Shown: positions 28,856 through 39,403 of the stretch, in pieces
Layout of the letters: each line of letters starts with the position of its first letter
Numbering within the stretch: the first letter of the stretch is position 1
NCBI GenBank assembly: GCA_965209055.1
Contig: OZ242374.1
Coordinates: 5,216,001 to 5,280,000 of the forward strand
Source of the DNA: Acidobacteriota bacterium
GTDB taxonomy: Bacteria > Acidobacteriota > UBA6911 > RPQK01 > JAJDTT01
Direction of reading: 5' to 3'
DNA: 64,000 nt
The notes under the pieces: generated by a model
What the model was told of the DNA's origin: nothing
The model's database searches: none
The model's input: only the letters and a program-made list of their open reading frames with translations
Translations under genes and position numbers: made by a program

Positions 28856-30586
28856 CTATTCCGGTTCCACGACGGTCAAAATTTGATCTGCTTCCACATT
28901 CCGAAGTGTTTGGACGGCTCCGGTCGGCCACCTGATAAATAGTTCATCGATTTTGTTTCTGTGGCCCAGGCCGAAAAATAATCGACGATCGCTGCCGGAG
29001 AGGTAACTGTCTCCGCTGGCGACCTCTTGAACTTGGTTTCGGTGGTGATCCGACTTCAACCAGGCCCGGGCGCCGATGGCATCGCGATTGCTCCGGGTTC
29101 CGACCAGTTGCAGCAGGAGCCAGTGTCGATCGCCGGTTCCCTGATTGTAGAGCAGATTCGGACGCCCATCCAAATTTGAGACGACGATGTCCAGTGCGCC
29201 GTCGTTATTCAGGTCTCCGACCGCTGACCCGCGGCCGACCCGTTTCGGTTGGGCCAGAATATGAGACTCGTTGGAAAAAGTGCCGTCTCCCAGGTTTCGG
29301 TAGAAAAGGTCTTCCTGCGGATAGGTCAGGTCCGTCTCTCGCTCGACTTCGGGATAGAGATGACCGTTAACGACCGAGAGATCTTTCCACCCGTCGCCAT
29401 CGTAATCCAGGAATGCGCTGCCCCAGCCCATGTAGGAAAAACTGTCGGTGAGTTTGGCGCGGGCAGTGACGTCGATGAAGAATCCATTGCCCAGATTCTT
29501 ATAGAGCGTGTTGGTGTCTTGCGCGAAGTTGGTCACGAAGAGGTCGAGATGGTCATCGCCGTCGTAATCCCCAAAGGCCACGCCCATCCCGGCTTGCTCC
29601 AACCCGTCTCCGCTCAGAGCCACACCGGTTAGCAATCCAACTTCCGAGAAGGTTCCATCCCCTTGATTTTGAAAGAGGAAATTCGGGTTCGAATCATTGG
29701 CAACGTAAATGTCCAAATCCCCGTCGTCGTCATAATCGAGAGAGACGACTCCCAGGCCGTAGTAGCCCGGGTCCTCGATCCGGCTGGCCCGTGTGGCCTC
29801 GGCGAATGAACCGTCGCCCAGATTCCGGAAGAGAACGTCTTCGTCTCCCGGCAGCCCCTGTGGCCCGCACATGACGTTCAGGCCCATGTATGAGCAGAAA
29901 CGATTCTCATCCGGGTTCGGAGGCGGCAGGCTCAGGTCAAGCCTCACGTAGGCCGCGACGTAAAGATCGAGCAGGCCGTCGCGATCATAGTCGCCCCAGG
30001 AACAACCCGTGCTCCAGCCGCCATGAGCGGTTCCGGATTTATCGCTGATGTCTGCGAAAGTCCCGTTTCCAAGGTTTTCGAAGAGGACGTTGGGACCCAG
30101 ATTGGTCACGTAGAGATCCTGATCTCCGTCGTTGTCGAAGTCGGCAGCCGCACACCCCATCCCCCAACCCGGATCACCGACCCCGGTCTTCGCCGTCACG
30201 TCCTTGAAATGACCATTCCGCAGATTCTTGAAGAGGTAATTCTGGAGACGCGCCGGGCCTGATTTCTGAGATTGACCGGGAACGGTGGAACCATTGACGA
30301 CATAGACATCGAGCCAGCCGTCGTTGTTGTAGTCAAACAGGCAGACCCCTCCGGTCATGCCCTCCACCAGGTATTGCTTGTTGTCGGGATCGCCGGCGCG
30401 AATCTCGGCGTGAAGACCATGGCGGGCGGCCGTGTCCCGGAAAACCTCCGGCTGCCCGTTACCGGAGGCCTGGGCGCGGCCCTGGATGGGAGCGAGCAGA
30501 ATCAACAGGAGGTTCCATGACAATCGACGGATGGTGGAACGCCGCCGCCGCGTCAGAGCATCGGGCCGGCTACGAGGTGTCGACAA
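28856..30586 (-). CDS. CRTAC1-family protein (FG-GAP/VCBS repeats + ASPIC/UnbV)
   Basis: DYNNDGWLD, DFDNDGDQD repeats; SNRDAIGAR; SYLS; FFGLG; RWPTG. Confidence 0.93.
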   Translation of the reverse strand: MSTPRSRPDALTRRRRSTIRRLSWNLLLILLAPIQGRAQASGNGQPEVFRDTAARHGLHAEIRAGDPDNKQYLVEGMTGGVCLFDYNNDGWLDVYVVNGSTVPGQSQKSGPARLQNYLFKNLRNGHFKDVTAKTGVGDPGWGMGCAAADFDNDGDQDLYVTNLGPNVLFENLGNGTFADISDKSGTAHGGWSTGCSWGDYDRDGLLDLYVAAYVRLDLSLPPPNPDENRFCSYMGLNVMCGPQGLPGDEDVLFRNLGDGSFAEATRASRIEDPGYYGLGVVSLDYDDDGDLDIYVANDSNPNFLFQNQGDGTFSEVGLLTGVALSGDGLEQAGMGVAFGDYDGDDHLDLFVTNFAQDTNTLYKNLGNGFFIDVTARAKLTDSFSYMGWGSAFLDYDGDGWKDLSVVNGHLYPEVERETDLTYPQEDLFYRNLGDGTFSNESHILAQPKRVGRGSAVGDLNNDGALDIVVSNLDGRPNLLYNQGTGDRHWLLLQLVGTRSNRDAIGARAWLKSDHHRNQVQEVASGDSYLSGSDRRLFFGLGHRNKIDELFIRWPTGAVQTLRNVEADQILTVVEPE

Positions 30587-30641
30587 GGACTTACCGGACC
30601 GGAGAGCTTCTCTCGCAGAGAAAAAGAGTCGAATCGATCGA

Positions 30642-30699
30642 AACCGCCTGCCAAAGGTGATGCTTCACGCCAATCCCGGTCTTGTTTTAGCAGGCGGTT
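30642..30699. other. Intergenic stem-loop downstream of the TonB receptor gene
   Basis: aaccgcctgccaaa ... tttagcaggcggtt, 13/14 bp complementary. Confidence 0.45.
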
Positions 30700-30759
30700 C
30701 CCGATACCGCAGTCACATCCCAACGGCGTCCTACAAATGTAAATCCGGTAGCGCGTCGG

Positions 30760-33700
30760 TCAGAACCTGAATTTCAAAGCAAACTGAATCTGCCGTCCTG
30801 TTCCGGCGCCCCGGATGGTTCCCACAGTGCCCGAAGCCAGATTGCTGACCGGATTGGCGAAATTCGGACGATTCAACAAGTTAAAGAACTCTCCCCGCAA
30901 CTGCAGGCTGCTGGTTTCGGTCACAGTAAAGTTCTTCATCAATCCGAAATCAACATTGGCAAATCCGGGTCCCACGAGAGTGTTTCGCCCCAAGGTTCCA
31001 AACGTCAATACGGGATTGGGTTCGAACGCGTCCGGATTGAAATACCTCCGTATGAGCTGCCCCCGGTCGCGCCCGGTATCCAGTTTCGCATTTCCAAACT
31101 GATTGGGCCGGTCCTGGCCGAGCGCCGTCCGGGAGTTGTCCAGACCTGTCATCACCGTGAAAGGACTTCCACTCTGCATGCTGACCAAGCCCGTAAACTG
31201 CCAGCCGCCCAGCGTATTCCTAATGATGACCGAATCATGCTGGGCGAGCCAGCCCGGACTCCAGACCCACGAAGCAGAGAAGATCTGGCGCCGGTCAAAC
31301 AACGCCGGTCCCCGGTCCAGTCCGGGGTTGTCCGAATCCTGATGGACGCCACGATTTTGGTACCCCGTACGGGTTGTATCGATCCATTTGCTCCAAGTGT
31401 AGTTCACATTGAGCAGGTAGTTGTTGGTAAACCGTTTGCTCAACACCATCTGCAGTGCGTTGTAGTTGGAAGACGCACCGTCTTCGAAGCGCCGAATGGT
31501 GCCTATGCCGGCCGGGTTATAACGGCGGCGCTGCTGGCGGTTCCCCAACGTGCATTCCTCAGGGTTCCGGGATGGACAACTTGCGGGATTCCTTTCCACG
31601 GTGTCGGCCAGTTTACGCACCGTATTTCCTACAAACGCAACCTCAAGAAGATAGTCTCCCGGCAATTGCTGCTGCACGGCAAGACTGTAATGCTGAATGT
31701 AAGGGTTTCGGATTTCCGGTTCGATCGCCCAAGCCGAGATCGGTTTAGAAAAGATCACGACTCCGGTTTCCGGACAAAATGTCGATATTGTTCCCGGGCA
31801 AGCACTGGGCAAGGGATTCTCTCGAAAGGGATTGGAAAACTCGCTCAAGAGGTCCGATGTCAGCGAGAAGATGGGAAGAAACGGCTGGTTCAGCGCCGAA
31901 AACTGAGAGTAGCCATTGGTGCTGAACTGGTAAAAGACACCCCACCCGGCACGGACACTCGTCTTTCCGGTTCCGAACACGTCCCAGGCCAAGCCCAAGC
32001 GGGGGGCGAAGTTGTTCTTGTCGGCCAAATAGGTCGCTCCCGAAATACCCGGATCATTTCCATACGCCATCCCCTCGGGGGCTGTGGGGAAAAGCGTGGA
32101 CTGGTATCCCGGTATCCACGTCGCAATCCTATCGTCCTGTTCCCGAACGGGATCGTCGTACTGATATCTCAATCCCAGATTGAGAGTGACGTTGCTCGAG
32201 ACCTGGTAGTCGTCCTGAACGAAGAAGTTCAGGAACCAGGAACGGTGATCTTCCCGCTCCAGGAGCAAGAGGAGGTTGCTGACGTGGCCGAGCATGAAGT
32301 CGCCCAAGGTATTGCCGGTGAGCTCCCCGTTAAAGGTAAACAGTCCCTGGTCGAAATTGGGACGACCCACCATGTGAAGCTTCTCAAAGGAGAACCCGAA
32401 CCGAACCGTGTGGTCTCCCTCAGTGACATGGACCGTATCTTGCGCCTGCCACGTGTTGTCGAGTCTCACGTGGTTCCCGAGAAAACTCGAGGAGAGATTG
32501 AAACGGCCCACGACATTGATGTTGGGAGGGAACGGAATTTCAGTGTTGACGCCCTGGATGCCGTAGTCAGCCGGTCCCCGCTCATTCGAGTGAAGTTGGG
32601 ACTCGTCCCGGCGCCCGTATGAAATCTGAGCCTCATTGATCACCCGGGGACTGAATGTGTGAGTGTTTTGCAACGTGGCGTTGTGTACGGAATAGGGCGT
32701 CGTCTTGGTGGTCCAGGGAATATTCCCATCGTTACGGAAGAAGTCCGATTTGTCTCTCCAGAACCGTCCCGTCAGTCGATTGTTCTCGGTGAACTGATGA
32801 TCCACACGTATCAGATACTGATCGCCGTTGGATCCCGCGCTCGTATTCAATGCGAACCCGCCACCCGGAGCGTTGGCATTCGGAAGTTCCGAAATCACGT
32901 TCAGTGCGGCCGGGTCCAGCCTACTTGAAGGAATGACGTCCCCCGGGAATCGTTCGCCCGTCACTGGATCGATGGGAGGATTGGAGGAAGCGGAGAAATC
33001 TCCCTGCCGCTCGAGGGCGCTGGGAGGAATGGCGCCTGACATCACCCGCGACTGGCGGATGCGGGTTCCCTGGTAGCCAAAGAAGAAGTGGGTCTTGTCC
33101 TTGATGACCGGTCCACCCACGGTTCCGCCAAACTGGTTGTACACCAGAAAGGGAGACGAAGGAGCGAAGAAGGAACGGGCGTTCAATCCGCCATTGCGAT
33201 GGAACTCGAAAGCGCTCCCATGAAATTGGTTGGTTCCTGACCTGGTGACGACGCTGAAACTGGCCACCGAACCGCGGCCTTTCGAGGCATCGTAACTGTT
33301 GGTTTCCGCTCGAAACTCCTTGACCATGTCCGGCGGCGGCATGGGCAGCCCTCTGGCTCGTTGGACATTGTTGAATTGAGCTCCATCGAGCTGGAAAGAG
33401 TTCATCTGCCCGTTTCCGCCACTGATGTTCACCGTGATGTCCCGCGTGCCCTGTTCCGGCATCCGAATGAGTGCTGCGCCCGGAATCAAGGTGATCAATG
33501 CCAAGGGGTCTCGACCCCTCAGTGGCAGTTCGTCGACTCTCTTCTCGTCCATGAGTCGACTGATGGACGCGCTTCTGGTCTCCACCTGTATGGCCGTCGA
33601 GGCTACGGTGACCTCCTCCGCGACTTCGCCGATCCTCAAGACCAGATCGACCCGCGAGTTCTCCTCGACCGTGAGATGAATTCCTCCCATCACGAGTTTC

Positions 33701-34053
33701 TTGAACCCGCTCAATTCGGCTTCTACCCGGTAGTCTCCCAAGGGCAGGAGGGTGATCCTGTAAAGTCCCTCATCGTTGGAAAGGGACGACCGTTGGAAGC
33801 CGGTTCCCTCGTTGACGGCGACGACTTCCACGCCGGGAATCACGCCCCCGGTTTCATCCTGGACCCTGCCCAGAATCGTCGCGGTCTGTTGCGCCTGCAC
33901 AGATACCGTCGCAACCACCAGCAGCAAGAGCCCCATAACGATCTGAAGGCAGGGTGGGTTTGACCTCATGGCCCATACAGTTCTACTTGCCATTGCTAAA
34001 AGACTCCTTGGCAGGGGGTGGATCCCCATGGGCAACACGCCTGTAGTTTCCAC
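30760..34053 (-). CDS. TonB-dependent receptor, Oar-like, with carboxypeptidase-regulatory-like N-terminal domain; start uncertain
   Basis: DETGGVIPG, TRSGTNQFHG, NQFGGTVGGP, NNFAPRLGLAW, C-terminal RQIQFALKFRF. Confidence 0.95.
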   Translation of the reverse strand: METTGVLPMGIHPLPRSLLAMASRTVWAMRSNPPCLQIVMGLLLLVVATVSVQAQQTATILGRVQDETGGVIPGVEVVAVNEGTGFQRSSLSNDEGLYRITLLPLGDYRVEAELSGFKKLVMGGIHLTVEENSRVDLVLRIGEVAEEVTVASTAIQVETRSASISRLMDEKRVDELPLRGRDPLALITLIPGAALIRMPEQGTRDITVNISGGNGQMNSFQLDGAQFNNVQRARGLPMPPPDMVKEFRAETNSYDASKGRGSVASFSVVTRSGTNQFHGSAFEFHRNGGLNARSFFAPSSPFLVYNQFGGTVGGPVIKDKTHFFFGYQGTRIRQSRVMSGAIPPSALERQGDFSASSNPPIDPVTGERFPGDVIPSSRLDPAALNVISELPNANAPGGGFALNTSAGSNGDQYLIRVDHQFTENNRLTGRFWRDKSDFFRNDGNIPWTTKTTPYSVHNATLQNTHTFSPRVINEAQISYGRRDESQLHSNERGPADYGIQGVNTEIPFPPNINVVGRFNLSSSFLGNHVRLDNTWQAQDTVHVTEGDHTVRFGFSFEKLHMVGRPNFDQGLFTFNGELTGNTLGDFMLGHVSNLLLLLEREDHRSWFLNFFVQDDYQVSSNVTLNLGLRYQYDDPVREQDDRIATWIPGYQSTLFPTAPEGMAYGNDPGISGATYLADKNNFAPRLGLAWDVFGTGKTSVRAGWGVFYQFSTNGYSQFSALNQPFLPIFSLTSDLLSEFSNPFRENPLPSACPGTISTFCPETGVVIFSKPISAWAIEPEIRNPYIQHYSLAVQQQLPGDYLLEVAFVGNTVRKLADTVERNPASCPSRNPEECTLGNRQQRRRYNPAGIGTIRRFEDGASSNYNALQMVLSKRFTNNYLLNVNYTWSKWIDTTRTGYQNRGVHQDSDNPGLDRGPALFDRRQIFSASWVWSPGWLAQHDSVIIRNTLGGWQFTGLVSMQSGSPFTVMTGLDNSRTALGQDRPNQFGNAKLDTGRDRGQLIRRYFNPDAFEPNPVLTFGTLGRNTLVGPGFANVDFGLMKNFTVTETSSLQLRGEFFNLLNRPNFANPVSNLASGTVGTIRGAGTGRQIQFALKFRF

Positions 34054-34199
34054 CTCGAAGAGGATGACTGGGTGTTGGAGTTAGCACTCCAAAACATGGT
34101 TGGAAAAAGTATCGACCAGGATGACCGCTCGGGTCAAGGGAAAATCGCGACGAAGCGGTCCCATTCCCGCGCTCCCGATAATCCGGCGCCGGAACCGGA

Positions 34200-35828
34200 T
34201 CAGGGCGTCCGAGCGAGGTCGGTCTCCAGGCTGGAGAGTTCGAATGTCGTCGAACAGGTTGCCGAGCGGTCCGAGATCGCGTCGGAAATCGTGATTTCGA
34301 GCCGGTACTCGCCGGGTCCCAGGTCATCCATTTGCAGCGCGTTGGCGACAATGACCCGGTCTCGAAGGCGGAATGTCGAGCCCTTGACACGCTCGGTCAT
34401 GGCTTGCGATTTGCCGGCGCCTTGCCGGACCCGGTACTCGATTTTCAGATCCGGTTCGCCGGTCGACCCGTCCAAGCCGAAGTTGTACACCTCGAAATAG
34501 ACAATGAGTGGCTCACCGGAACGGTAACGCCGATCGACTCGAGGGACGACCTTGAAGTGTCCCATCACAAACGGTTCCGCAACGAGCTCGGGATCTGCCG
34601 CGGATTCGACGCGTCGAGCCAGAAAGACTGCGCTGGTGAGGAGCCGTTGTGAGTTCGGCCGGCGGAGGGAGACGCGTTGCCTCGCCATGCCCATCTGCTC
34701 GTTGTTGGCGTCCCGTACGACCAGTTCCACCTTGTACAGGCCTGGCCCCAGACTGATCTTCTTTTGATACATCGAATGTTGCCGGGCCAGATCGTCGAGG
34801 TTCGGCAGATAGGTCGAGACGGTGTCGTCGAATTCGTAGACAATCCGTCCCTGCAGGGAGGTCACGGCACCATAAATGTCGATCGTTGCCTTGTGAGCGC
34901 CTGAGTGTTCCTTGAATTGCAGATAGCGATCCTGGATCCTCACCGTAATCGGAACCAGCATCTCCTTCTCGGTCAACCGGATGTGGTGAATGGCCGACTC
35001 GACCGGAATGTGATCAAAGTAAACTTGTGAAGTCACGACCCGCTGAAGGTCCTTGAACTTGATTTCGGCAGGCCGGCTCAACTGAAAGATCCGTTGCATT
35101 CTCTGGAACGGCAGGTCCTGCATCCGGAGAGTGCCGTACATGGGCTGTATCGGATCCGCGACAATCTGGTTGCGTATCCGATCGCCTCGATCCATGGTTC
35201 CGGCGAGCTCAGCCAGCGTCATCCCGCCGACGCCGCCCACATGCATGAGGGCGTCCTTTTCGTCCGGATTTCGCGCCAGCCGGAATTCTCCCGTCATGGT
35301 CGGATCCACGAACTCGATCTCGACCTCACCGCCGATTCCCTCAATGTAGTCGTAGCGCCAGACCTCAAATGGAAAAGCCGCGGTAAAACCGCCTCCTTCC
35401 CAGGGCTCTCTTCGATAGTGGCCTCCTTGGTGGGTCTTCTTGCTGGTGGGAGGCCCGTGCATGATGTAGATTCTTCCCCGGTCCGTCAGCCAGCCCGCAA
35501 CTCCTGACTTGAAATTCTCGTTTGCATAAGCGAATCGCCGAAAATGCTCTTCCCGGTACTCGTTGATGGCCGTTCTGAGGTCCGGATCACGACGCCTCCA
35601 GAACTGCTCAATGAAGCTTTCACGTTCGTCATCCGTGCGCAGTTTCTGGAAGGATTTCTTTTCTTCGTCGGTAATGATGTACTTGACGTCCTGCTCAATC
35701 CATTTCTTGTAATAGTCCACAGGCTCCTCAGACTGTTGAGCCCATGGAAGGAGCGATGAAATCCCAATGATGACGCTAATGATGCAGGTCGTCAGAAGAC
35801 GCGACTTCGTCGGTTGGTTCATGCTCAT
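34200..35828 (-). CDS. GWxTD domain-containing protein
   Basis: GWLTDRGRIYIMHGPP; YYKKWIEQDVKYIITDEE. The ORF-track start at 35897 lies inside a repeat, so ATG 35828 is preferred. Confidence 0.92.
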   Translation of the reverse strand: MSMNQPTKSRLLTTCIISVIIGISSLLPWAQQSEEPVDYYKKWIEQDVKYIITDEEKKSFQKLRTDDERESFIEQFWRRRDPDLRTAINEYREEHFRRFAYANENFKSGVAGWLTDRGRIYIMHGPPTSKKTHQGGHYRREPWEGGGFTAAFPFEVWRYDYIEGIGGEVEIEFVDPTMTGEFRLARNPDEKDALMHVGGVGGMTLAELAGTMDRGDRIRNQIVADPIQPMYGTLRMQDLPFQRMQRIFQLSRPAEIKFKDLQRVVTSQVYFDHIPVESAIHHIRLTEKEMLVPITVRIQDRYLQFKEHSGAHKATIDIYGAVTSLQGRIVYEFDDTVSTYLPNLDDLARQHSMYQKKISLGPGLYKVELVVRDANNEQMGMARQRVSLRRPNSQRLLTSAVFLARRVESAADPELVAEPFVMGHFKVVPRVDRRYRSGEPLIVYFEVYNFGLDGSTGEPDLKIEYRVRQGAGKSQAMTERVKGSTFRLRDRVIVANALQMDDLGPGEYRLEITISDAISDRSATCSTTFELSSLETDLARTP

Positions 35829-35849
35829 CGTGGTCCAATAACCCCTAAA

Positions 35850-36153
35850 AGGAAGGGCGATTTCCAATCGCCCAGTCTTCGTGGCCAAGTTCGTCACACC
35901 GGAATTCGGCGGTTAGGAAACCGCCGCTCCCCATGAGGAAGGGCGATTTCCAATCGCCCGGTCTTCGTCGCCAAGTTTGTCATACTGGAGTTCGGCGGTT
36001 GGGAAACCGCCGCTCCCCACGAGGAGGGGCGATTTCCAATCGCCCGGTTTTTTGTCGCCAGTTTGTCATACTGGAGTTCGGCGGTTAGGAAGCCGCTGCT
36101 CCTTTCCGTTTTCTACCGGGCGTCCGCCGGCTCGGGCCGGTGGGGGAGCTTCT
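35850..36153 (-). repeat. Tandem array of three 86-bp REP doublets plus element tail
   Basis: Units start at 35850, 35936 and 36022; each has gggcgatttccaatcgccc and a ggcggtt(a/g)ggaa(a)ccgc hairpin. Confidence 0.93.
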
Positions 36154-37816
36154 GACTTGAAGATCCCTCTTCAACCACGACGACCTGATTGGCTTGGATC
36201 TGCTCCAGCCGGTCCACCACACCGCTGGGCCAGGAGATTTCAACCAGGTCGATAGACTTGTTCCTGCCCAGGCCGAAATGCATCCGCATGTCGTGAGCCG
36301 AAAGATACGATCCGCCTCCCGTCATCTGGTCGAACCGGGTTTGCTCACCGGCCACGACTCGTACCCTGGACCCGATCCCATTCCGGTTGCTGGACCGCCC
36401 CACCAAGTGGAGCGAAATCCAATTCCCGTGGGGCGTGCTCTGATTCACCAACAGTTCCGGAGAGTCATCGATGTTGGTCACGACCAGATCGACGTCTCCG
36501 TCGTTGTCGAAATCGCCGAATGCCGTACCACGGCTGACTCTGCTGCTCCGCAGGGCCGGACCTGCATCCTTTGAAACATCGTAAAAGCGTCCGCCCCGGT
36601 TTTCCAGTAGCTGGTTGGGTTGGGCGTAAGAAATGTTGTTCCGATACCTGGAAATATCGTCCAGTACATGGCCGTTGGCAACGAACAGGTCCAAGTCTCC
36701 ATCGTTGTCGTAGTCAAAGAAACCGGTTCCGAATCCGAGCAGCCGGATGCTGGCTTTGGCGACACCTTGGACCCAACGATCGTCACTGAAGATCTCTTGC
36801 CCCAGGTTCCGATAAAGGCCATTGGTCTCCATGTCGTAATTCGTGACGACGATATCGAGAAGCCCGTCACCGTCGAAGTCGCCGAAATCCGTGCCCATCC
36901 CGGCTTCGGCCTCGCCCGCGGAGTTGTAGCCGGTCAAGGAAAAATAGCTGATATCCGTATAGGTCAGGTCCCCATTGTTCTTGAAGAGGAAATTCCGCGT
37001 CTTGTCGTTTGCCACATAGATGTCCATCCAGCCGTCCGAATCGATATCGGCCATCACCACGCCCAACCCTTTTCCTTCGGGATTCGCGATCCCGCTCCCC
37101 TCGCTGATGTCGTCAAAGGTCCCGTCCCCCCGGTTCCTATAGAGCCGGTCGGCCACTCCCGCGAAAGCGTCGGGGTCGCAGTAGCTGCGCCGGGCCGGTG
37201 CATCGGTTCCACATACCGGATGGGTCTCATATTTGAGATCCAAGTAATTGGTGACGTAGAGATCCAAGTAACCGTCATTGTCAAGATCGAAGAACCCCGC
37301 ACTTTGGCCCCAGAACGGATCATCGACTCCCGCCTGCCGGGAAACGTCGGAAAAGGTCCCGTTGCCGAGATTGCGATACAAGACGTTGGGACCATAGTGA
37401 GCGACAAAGAGATCGGGCCAACCGTCGTTGTCGATGTCACCCACCGCTACGCCCGTTCCGTACCTTCCATACCCTCCCACGCCGCTTTCACTGGTGACAT
37501 CCGAGAATCGTCCATTCCCGAGATTGCGGTAAAGAGCGTGTCTCGTTGTCCGAGTCCCTTCGCCGCCGGGTTTCCCCGCGCCATTGACCAAGTAGATGTC
37601 GAGCCATCCGTCCTGGTCATAGTCCATCAGGGCGACCCCGGAACCCATGGTCTCGACCAGGTACTTCTGCGGCGAAGCCCCGCTGAAATGCCGGAAGGTG
37701 ATCCCGGCCGAGATGGTGCGGTCTTCAAAATGGGCGGCGGACGTGCGAGGCGGCTGGGACTGACTGTGAAGTGGCGCCAGCAAGAACGAAAAGAACGGAA
37801 GGACGAAACGAATCAT
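36113..37816 (-). CDS. CRTAC1-family protein (FG-GAP + ASPIC/UnbV)
   Basis: KYLVETMGSG, multiple DxDxDGxxD motifs, SNRNGIGSR, SYLS, HFGLG; stop codon lies in the repeat tail. Confidence 0.93.
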   Translation of the reverse strand: MIRFVLPFFSFLLAPLHSQSQPPRTSAAHFEDRTISAGITFRHFSGASPQKYLVETMGSGVALMDYDQDGWLDIYLVNGAGKPGGEGTRTTRHALYRNLGNGRFSDVTSESGVGGYGRYGTGVAVGDIDNDGWPDLFVAHYGPNVLYRNLGNGTFSDVSRQAGVDDPFWGQSAGFFDLDNDGYLDLYVTNYLDLKYETHPVCGTDAPARRSYCDPDAFAGVADRLYRNRGDGTFDDISEGSGIANPEGKGLGVVMADIDSDGWMDIYVANDKTRNFLFKNNGDLTYTDISYFSLTGYNSAGEAEAGMGTDFGDFDGDGLLDIVVTNYDMETNGLYRNLGQEIFSDDRWVQGVAKASIRLLGFGTGFFDYDNDGDLDLFVANGHVLDDISRYRNNISYAQPNQLLENRGGRFYDVSKDAGPALRSSRVSRGTAFGDFDNDGDVDLVVTNIDDSPELLVNQSTPHGNWISLHLVGRSSNRNGIGSRVRVVAGEQTRFDQMTGGGSYLSAHDMRMHFGLGRNKSIDLVEISWPSGVVDRLEQIQANQVVVVEEGSSSQKLPHRPEPADAR

Positions 37817-37847
37817 CGGGGTCGGGCTCTTGGTTGGAACGACGGAG

Positions 37848-39329
37848 TCATTTCCTGACCACAGGATTTTTCTTTTCCCTTCGCGCACTTTGCAGACGCT
37901 CGAAAATTTCGAATCCTTTGCGTGCCTCTTCGATTCGACCGAGCTTCAACAGGGCCGTGGCGTGTACGAATCTCGGTTCCGGGTTGCCGCGGTCGAGACT
38001 CATAGCCTGTTCCAACAACGGAAGAGCTTTCTCCGGATCGCCATTCTGAATGTGACCATGGCTGAGTTCGAGGAGGGCCGCCGGTTCAGGCCGTTCCTTG
38101 ACAACCTGGCTCAAAAGCTCGATCGATTTCCGAAACGCTCCTTCTTTTCGCAGAATCGACGCCAAATGAAATGCAGCCTGAGCCCACAAGTCCCGATTGG
38201 CGGCCGATTCCGCATCGGTAGCCAATATAAGAGATCGTTCGAACAGGGGCTTGGCCTCATCGAATCTTCCGTCCAGCTTGAGCCCTGTCCCCAGATTCAA
38301 GTAGGAGCCGGGATGATCAGGGAAACGCCTGACCAATCGCCGGGCGAGGTCAACGGCGGCTCGGGCGTCGCCCTTGAGATGATAGGCCTCGACCAGCTCG
38401 AACGAATATTCAGGATTGTTGGGAGTCAGCTCCGCTGCCTTGCGGAGGAATTGAAGGCTCTCCTCATGACGTCCCTGCTCAAGCAAAAGCTGACCCAATA
38501 GAAAAGAGCCTTGAGCATGAATTGGGTTGAGGGCCAGGACCGACCTTAGAATCTCCTCGGCTCTTGGCCGCTCGCCCATCTTCAGCAGTGCAATGCCCAG
38601 TGCCATTCGTGTTTTTGCGGAATTTGGATTGAGGGCCGACGCCCGGTCAAGAGCCCGAACCGCCTCTTCCGAACGGCCGAGTTGAAAGAGAGTGACCCCA
38701 AGCCCGTGACTCGCCGAATAGGAATCGGCTTGGAGCACCTCCGGCAGCCTCAGCAGACGTTCAGCCCTTTCCCAATATCCCTTTGACATCAACAGACTGG
38801 CGAGCGAGAGAAGGGCCCGGCCATTTCCCGGATGGTTCGACTGGATCTCACCCGCGATTTGAAGACCGTCTTCGCCGCGTCCAGTCTCCAGGTACGATCG
38901 GCTCAGGTAGAAGAGGGCCTCCGGATCCTCCTTGATCCGCTGAAGGACGGGTTCCAGAAGAGCGATGCACGGCGCGAACTTGCGCTGTTTACCATTCAGA
39001 ATCCCCAGCCGAAGGCGCGGCAGCAGGATGGATTCGTCCGACTCGATGGCGCGCCCGTAGGCGCTTTCCGCCGGCGCAATCCGGCCAAGCGATTCCAAAG
39101 CGTATCCCTGCAGGGCATGAGCCATGGCCAGGCGAGGATCCCGGTCAATGACTTCCTGAGCCGCCGCAACGGCCAGTTGATGCCGGCCGCTATCGATCAG
39201 CTCGATGATCCTTTCGACCTCTTGCCCCGAAGATTGACCTGAGGCCGTGACGACGACGGCCAAATGCGCAAGCAAGAGTGGAACGGGCAGCCAGTGCTGC
39301 CGCTTGACCAGGAGACGATGTTTCACCAC
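37848..39329 (-). CDS. Secreted tetratricopeptide repeat protein
   Basis: Signal peptide and repeated TPR patterns (LG..L...GR.EEA...L..A..LNP). Confidence 0.9.
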   Translation of the reverse strand: MVKHRLLVKRQHWLPVPLLLAHLAVVVTASGQSSGQEVERIIELIDSGRHQLAVAAAQEVIDRDPRLAMAHALQGYALESLGRIAPAESAYGRAIESDESILLPRLRLGILNGKQRKFAPCIALLEPVLQRIKEDPEALFYLSRSYLETGRGEDGLQIAGEIQSNHPGNGRALLSLASLLMSKGYWERAERLLRLPEVLQADSYSASHGLGVTLFQLGRSEEAVRALDRASALNPNSAKTRMALGIALLKMGERPRAEEILRSVLALNPIHAQGSFLLGQLLLEQGRHEESLQFLRKAAELTPNNPEYSFELVEAYHLKGDARAAVDLARRLVRRFPDHPGSYLNLGTGLKLDGRFDEAKPLFERSLILATDAESAANRDLWAQAAFHLASILRKEGAFRKSIELLSQVVKERPEPAALLELSHGHIQNGDPEKALPLLEQAMSLDRGNPEPRFVHATALLKLGRIEEARKGFEIFERLQSARREKKNPVVRK

Positions 39330-39403
39330 TATGAATTCAATAGTTCAATTCGATAGCCACTCTTTCACGGCTAGCCGTTTCGATCGGGGGACAGGTCAAT
39401 TCC

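Noticed and set aside
35850-36101. Three regularly spaced palindromic repeats resembling a CRISPR array
   Set aside because: The intervening sequences are near-identical rather than unique spacers, the unit is dispersed across the window and no cas genes are present
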